This document shows positions 56,699-60,244 of a stretch of DNA of 60,244 bases, piece by piece (within the stretch, counting starts at the first letter, position 1; every line of letters begins with the position of its first letter). The stretch is from NCBI GenBank assembly GCA_040222015.1, contig JAVJWO010000077.1, forward strand, positions 1 through 60,244, given 5' to 3'. The notes under the pieces are model-generated. The model ran no database searches. It had not been told where the DNA came from and saw nothing but the letters and a program-made list of their open reading frames with translations. Both the position numbers and the translations under genes were made by a program. This DNA is from Coleofasciculus chthonoplastes F2-STO-03 (GTDB taxonomy: Bacteria > Cyanobacteriota > Cyanobacteriia > Cyanobacteriales > Coleofasciculaceae).

Positions 56699-58384
56699 AT
56701 GATAGCCGACTCATTTCCCTGGCTGAGTGCGATCGCCCTCCTACCACTCGTCGCCTCTTTTGCTATCCCCCTACTGCCAGATAAGGGGGGTAAAACGGTG
56801 CGCTGGTATGCCCTCGGTGTTGCGATCGCGGACTTTCTATTGATGCTGTACACCTTTTGGCAGCACTACGACGCCAGCAGCGCCACATTCCAACTCACCG
56901 AAAAGTATACCTGGATACCTCAACTAGGTCTCAGTTGGGCAGTTTCAGTCGATGGACTGTCACTCCCTCTAGTGCTTTTGGCGGGACTGGTGACAACGCT
57001 CTCCATTTTCGCAGCTTGGCAAGTCGATCACAAGCCTCGCCTCTTCTATTTTTTGATGCTGGTGCTGTATTCGGCACAAATCGGCGTCTTCATCGCCCAA
57101 GACATTCTGCTCCTATTTATTATGTGGGAACTGGAACTCGTTCCCGTTTATCTCCTCGTCTCGATTTGGGGGGGACAGAAACGTCAATACGCCGCGACCA
57201 AATTCTTACTCTATACTGCCGCCGCATCTATATTTATTTTGGTAGCTGGGTTAGCCATGGCACTCTATGGTGAAGGTACAATCAGCTTTGACATGGTTGA
57301 ACTCGGCATCAAGGATTACCCCTTGGCTTTAGAACTGCTACTCTATGCCGGATTATTAATCGCCTTTGGGGTTAAATTAGCGATTTTCCCCTTGCACACC
57401 TGGCTTCCCGATGCTCATGGTGAAGCCTCTGCTCCTGTATCAATGATTTTAGCTGGGGTACTCCTGAAAATGGGCGGATATGGATTAATTCGCCTGAATC
57501 TAGAGATACTCTCCGATGCTCACGTTTACTTTGCCCCAATTCTGGCGATGTTAGGGGTGATCAATATTGTCTATGGCGGACTCAACTCCTTTGCCCAGCC
57601 GAATATGAAGCGGCGTCTTGCCTTTTCTTCCGTGTCTCACATGGGGTTTGTCCTCCTCGGAATAGCCTCATTCACGGATTTAGGGATAAGTGGCGCAATG
57701 TTGCAAATGATTTCCCACGGTTTAATTGCCGCCGTGCTATTCTTCCTGGCTGGGGTTACTTATGATCGCACCCACACCTTAGCCTTAGATAGTATGGGTG
57801 GTATTGGTCAGGTTATGCCCAAAGTTTTTGCCCTGTTTACTGCTGCTGCGATGGCATCCATTGCCCTTCCGGGAATGAGTGGGTTTGCCAGTGAACTCTC
57901 GGTTTTTGTCGGCGTAACCACTAGCGATATTTATAGTTCAACCTTCCGCACAGTAACGGTTTTCCTCTCGGCTTTGGGACTAATTCTCACACCCATTTAT
58001 CTCCTCTCTCTACTCAGACAAGTCTTTTACGGAGCAGGCGTCGCCCCAACCTGTGAACTTGATAATTCCAACTTCGAGAATAAGGATGAAGAAGGAGCCG
58101 TTTGCTATGGCACGGATTGTGTTTTGCCGACTAATGCAATCTACACCGATGCTAAACCACGGGAAGTTTTTATTGCCGCTTGCTTTTTAGTGCTGATTCT
58201 GGGTATTGGGTTCTATCCCAAACTCGCCACCCAGCTTTATGATGCTAAGACGGTAGCGGTTAACGCGCAGCTACGGGAAGCGTATTTCCAAGTCGCCCAA
58301 GATAAGCCCCAGATTTATGCTCAGAACGTCGTAGTTCCTCAAATTAAGGAACCATCGGTAGCAACAGTTTCCTATAATCGCTAA
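56699..58384 (+). CDS. ndhD: NAD(P)H-quinone oxidoreductase subunit 4 (NdhD, probably NdhD2-type)
   Basis: [49 protein letters not shown]. Confidence 0.93.
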   Translation: MIADSFPWLSAIALLPLVASFAIPLLPDKGGKTVRWYALGVAIADFLLMLYTFWQHYDASSATFQLTEKYTWIPQLGLSWAVSVDGLSLPLVLLAGLVTTLSIFAAWQVDHKPRLFYFLMLVLYSAQIGVFIAQDILLLFIMWELELVPVYLLVSIWGGQKRQYAATKFLLYTAAASIFILVAGLAMALYGEGTISFDMVELGIKDYPLALELLLYAGLLIAFGVKLAIFPLHTWLPDAHGEASAPVSMILAGVLLKMGGYGLIRLNLEILSDAHVYFAPILAMLGVINIVYGGLNSFAQPNMKRRLAFSSVSHMGFVLLGIASFTDLGISGAMLQMISHGLIAAVLFFLAGVTYDRTHTLALDSMGGIGQVMPKVFALFTAAAMASIALPGMSGFASELSVFVGVTTSDIYSSTFRTVTVFLSALGLILTPIYLLSLLRQVFYGAGVAPTCELDNSNFENKDEEGAVCYGTDCVLPTNAIYTDAKPREVFIAACFLVLILGIGFYPKLATQLYDAKTVAVNAQLREAYFQVAQDKPQIYAQNVVVPQIKEPSVATVSYNR

Positions 58385-58592
58385 CTTCAAATTCTCGAAT
58401 TTTCGTAGGGTGCATTAGGCGCTTACTTGGATTAACATCACGAATAATTTGCGCTTTTGCGCCGTAACGCACCGTTCTCAGGTATATGGTGCGTTACTTT
58501 TAACAAAGGACGTAGCTTGCTTCTGGCGAAGCGAGTATGACGAATGACAAATGACAAATGACGAATGACGAGCTTTAATTGTCCCCACCTAC

Positions 58593-59960
58593 TTAATTTG
58601 GATTAAATTGTTGACAACATTTCAAAAAACGCTGAGGAATATCTGTTTTTCCACCCCAATGCAGATGAATATAGGACGCATGTAATTGATACATTCGCCA
58701 CCCCTCAATTCCGACTTTTCCCTTCGGATCATATCCTTTTGTTTCAAACAAAGGCTGTTGAGGACTTGCTGTTAACTGGGAACGATGAAATTCATGTCCC
58801 CAAACCCTTTCACCCACTAATACCAATGGCGTATGGTGTAATGCCGTTGCTTGACGATATCCCAGGGTTAAACGTTTGCCCATTACCGCCTTTGTGGGTA
58901 ATATCCCTACCATCGACCAACATTTTTCCTCAAAATCTGTAACCTGTTGGCATAAATACATCAACCCACCACATTCAGCATAGGTAGGCATTCCCTGAAC
59001 AATGGCATTCCATACTGCCTGACGCGCCTCGATATTATGCGCTAATTCCTGGGCAAACACTTCGGGGAATCCCCCACCAAAAAAAAGTCCCTGCACGCCT
59101 TCTGGTAATGTGGTATCCACTAGGGGACTCCAGGGAACTAATTCCGCTCCCAACTGTTGCAATAAATCCAGATTATCTTGATAGTAGAAACTAAAGGCGC
59201 GATCGCGAGCGATGGCAATTCGGGTAACGGATTGAGTCACACAGGGGTATAACTGTTGACTGTTGACAGTTAAATCGTGAATCTCTGCCCTCAACAGAGG
59301 CAATAAACGCTCCCAGTTAAAGCAGGTTTCGCCAATATCAGCCAGTTGATCAATTAGCTGATCCAGAAACGTCAGTTCATCGGTGGGAACTAATCCCAGA
59401 TGGCGATCGGGAATCGTCAGACTATCCTGACGCCGGAGTACACCGAGTATAGGTAATTGTAGGGGTTCTAGGGCATCTTGAAGCAATTCTAAATGGCGAT
59501 CGCTCCCCACTCGATTCAACACCACCCCAGCCACTTGAATGCGGGGATCAAAGCAGCGATACCCCTGTGCGATCGCGGCGACGGAACGAGATAAGCGACT
59601 ACAATCTAAAACCAACAGCACCGGGACATTTAACAGTCGGGCAATATGCGCTGTACTGGCAACATCATCGCGTCCTGATGCACCATCAAACAACCCCATC
59701 ACCCCTTCAATCAGAGCATAGTCTACCCCATCCAAATGACGCTGAAAACAAGCTTTAACATAAGCTTCCGATGTTAGCACCGGATCTAAATTGCGACAGG
59801 GAAGCCCCGTTACCCGTTGATGAAACATCGGGTCAATATAATCTGGACCCACTTTAAAGGATTGCACCCGACGATACCGTCGCGATAAACACGAAAGTAG
59901 GGCAAGCGTTACAGTTGTTTTGCCTACCCCACTCCGTTCACCAGCAATAATTAAAGCCAT
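58593..59960 (-). CDS. cbiA: Cobyrinate a,c-diamide synthase (CbiA/CobB)
   Basis: SGVGKTT, FKVGPDYIDP, IEGVMGLFDG, RHLGLVP, GGGFPE, YAECGG, GHEFH, ASYIHLH. Confidence 0.93.
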   Translation of the reverse strand: MALIIAGERSGVGKTTVTLALLSCLSRRYRRVQSFKVGPDYIDPMFHQRVTGLPCRNLDPVLTSEAYVKACFQRHLDGVDYALIEGVMGLFDGASGRDDVASTAHIARLLNVPVLLVLDCSRLSRSVAAIAQGYRCFDPRIQVAGVVLNRVGSDRHLELLQDALEPLQLPILGVLRRQDSLTIPDRHLGLVPTDELTFLDQLIDQLADIGETCFNWERLLPLLRAEIHDLTVNSQQLYPCVTQSVTRIAIARDRAFSFYYQDNLDLLQQLGAELVPWSPLVDTTLPEGVQGLFFGGGFPEVFAQELAHNIEARQAVWNAIVQGMPTYAECGGLMYLCQQVTDFEEKCWSMVGILPTKAVMGKRLTLGYRQATALHHTPLVLVGERVWGHEFHRSQLTASPQQPLFETKGYDPKGKVGIEGWRMYQLHASYIHLHWGGKTDIPQRFLKCCQQFNPN

Positions 59961-60129
59961 AGGGGGAATTGGGGAAGTTTTGACCTTCACTTCGCTAGTC
60001 GGACATGGCGCGTAAATGTGTAGGGGCGGGTTTAGGGACTTTATGCTTGGTTGTTGAGGATAACGTTTGTACGAAACCCGCCCTCCTCTCCCCCTAATCC
60101 TAGACGTTCCACCGAAACATCTCTACAAC

Positions 60130-60244
60130 CCCGACACCCGACACCCGACACCCGACACCCGACACCCGACACCCGACACCCGACACCCGACACCCGACAC
60201 CCGACACCCGACACCCGACACCCGACACCCGACACCCGACACCC
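60130..60244. repeat. Heptamer short tandem repeat (CCCGACA)n, at least 16 copies, running off the window
   Basis: Directly visible; same unit as GGGTGTCGGGTGTCGGG near 25141. Confidence 0.95.

Noticed and set aside
700..59576. Frequent GCGATCGC octamer
   Set aside because: HIP1, a well-known cyanobacterial genome feature; used only for taxonomic context.
59961..60244. Cobalamin riboswitch upstream of cbiA
   Set aside because: No B12-box seen; the visible sequence is REP and heptamer repeat and the window ends.

Overview
60 kb of a cyanobacterial chromosome, judged from many HIP1 GCGATCGC sites, chlD, ndhD, heptamer tandem repeats and dense REP/MITE clutter typical of filamentous cyanobacteria. 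From left to right: (1) a truncated REP-associated tyrosine transposase; (2) an NHLP-type RiPP locus with a PAS-PAS-AraC regulator, one NHLP precursor (GG site, 18-aa core SMFTVMGPNRLSLCIICR), a second leader-only NHLP, an uncharacterised HExxH metallo-protein, a tandem cNMP-binding protein, HlyD and two ABC exporters, but no recognisable YcaO, LanM or radical-SAM maturase; (3) a giant TPS/FG-GAP/CHAT protein whose 7 propeller repeats vary at a few codons; (4) TetR-devB-devC, menG, DUF445, an aspartic protease and a histidine kinase/adenylate cyclase/response regulator operon; (5) MFS, RidA, a possibly structured 5' leader before an FHA gene, an orphan 4-repeat CRISPR array, a GIY-YIG nuclease flanked by hairpin repeats, a type IA topoisomerase and Uma2; (6) chlD, a Rieske/PAO-type oxygenase and YihY; (7) an apparently intact IscB/omegaRNA element inserted exactly at the ATG of a multi-PAS kinase, followed by two more signalling genes, a CDF transporter, ndhD and cbiA/cobB. 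The best candidate for an undescribed system is the NHLP plus HExxH locus. All family calls come from motifs recognised by eye; no database searches were run.
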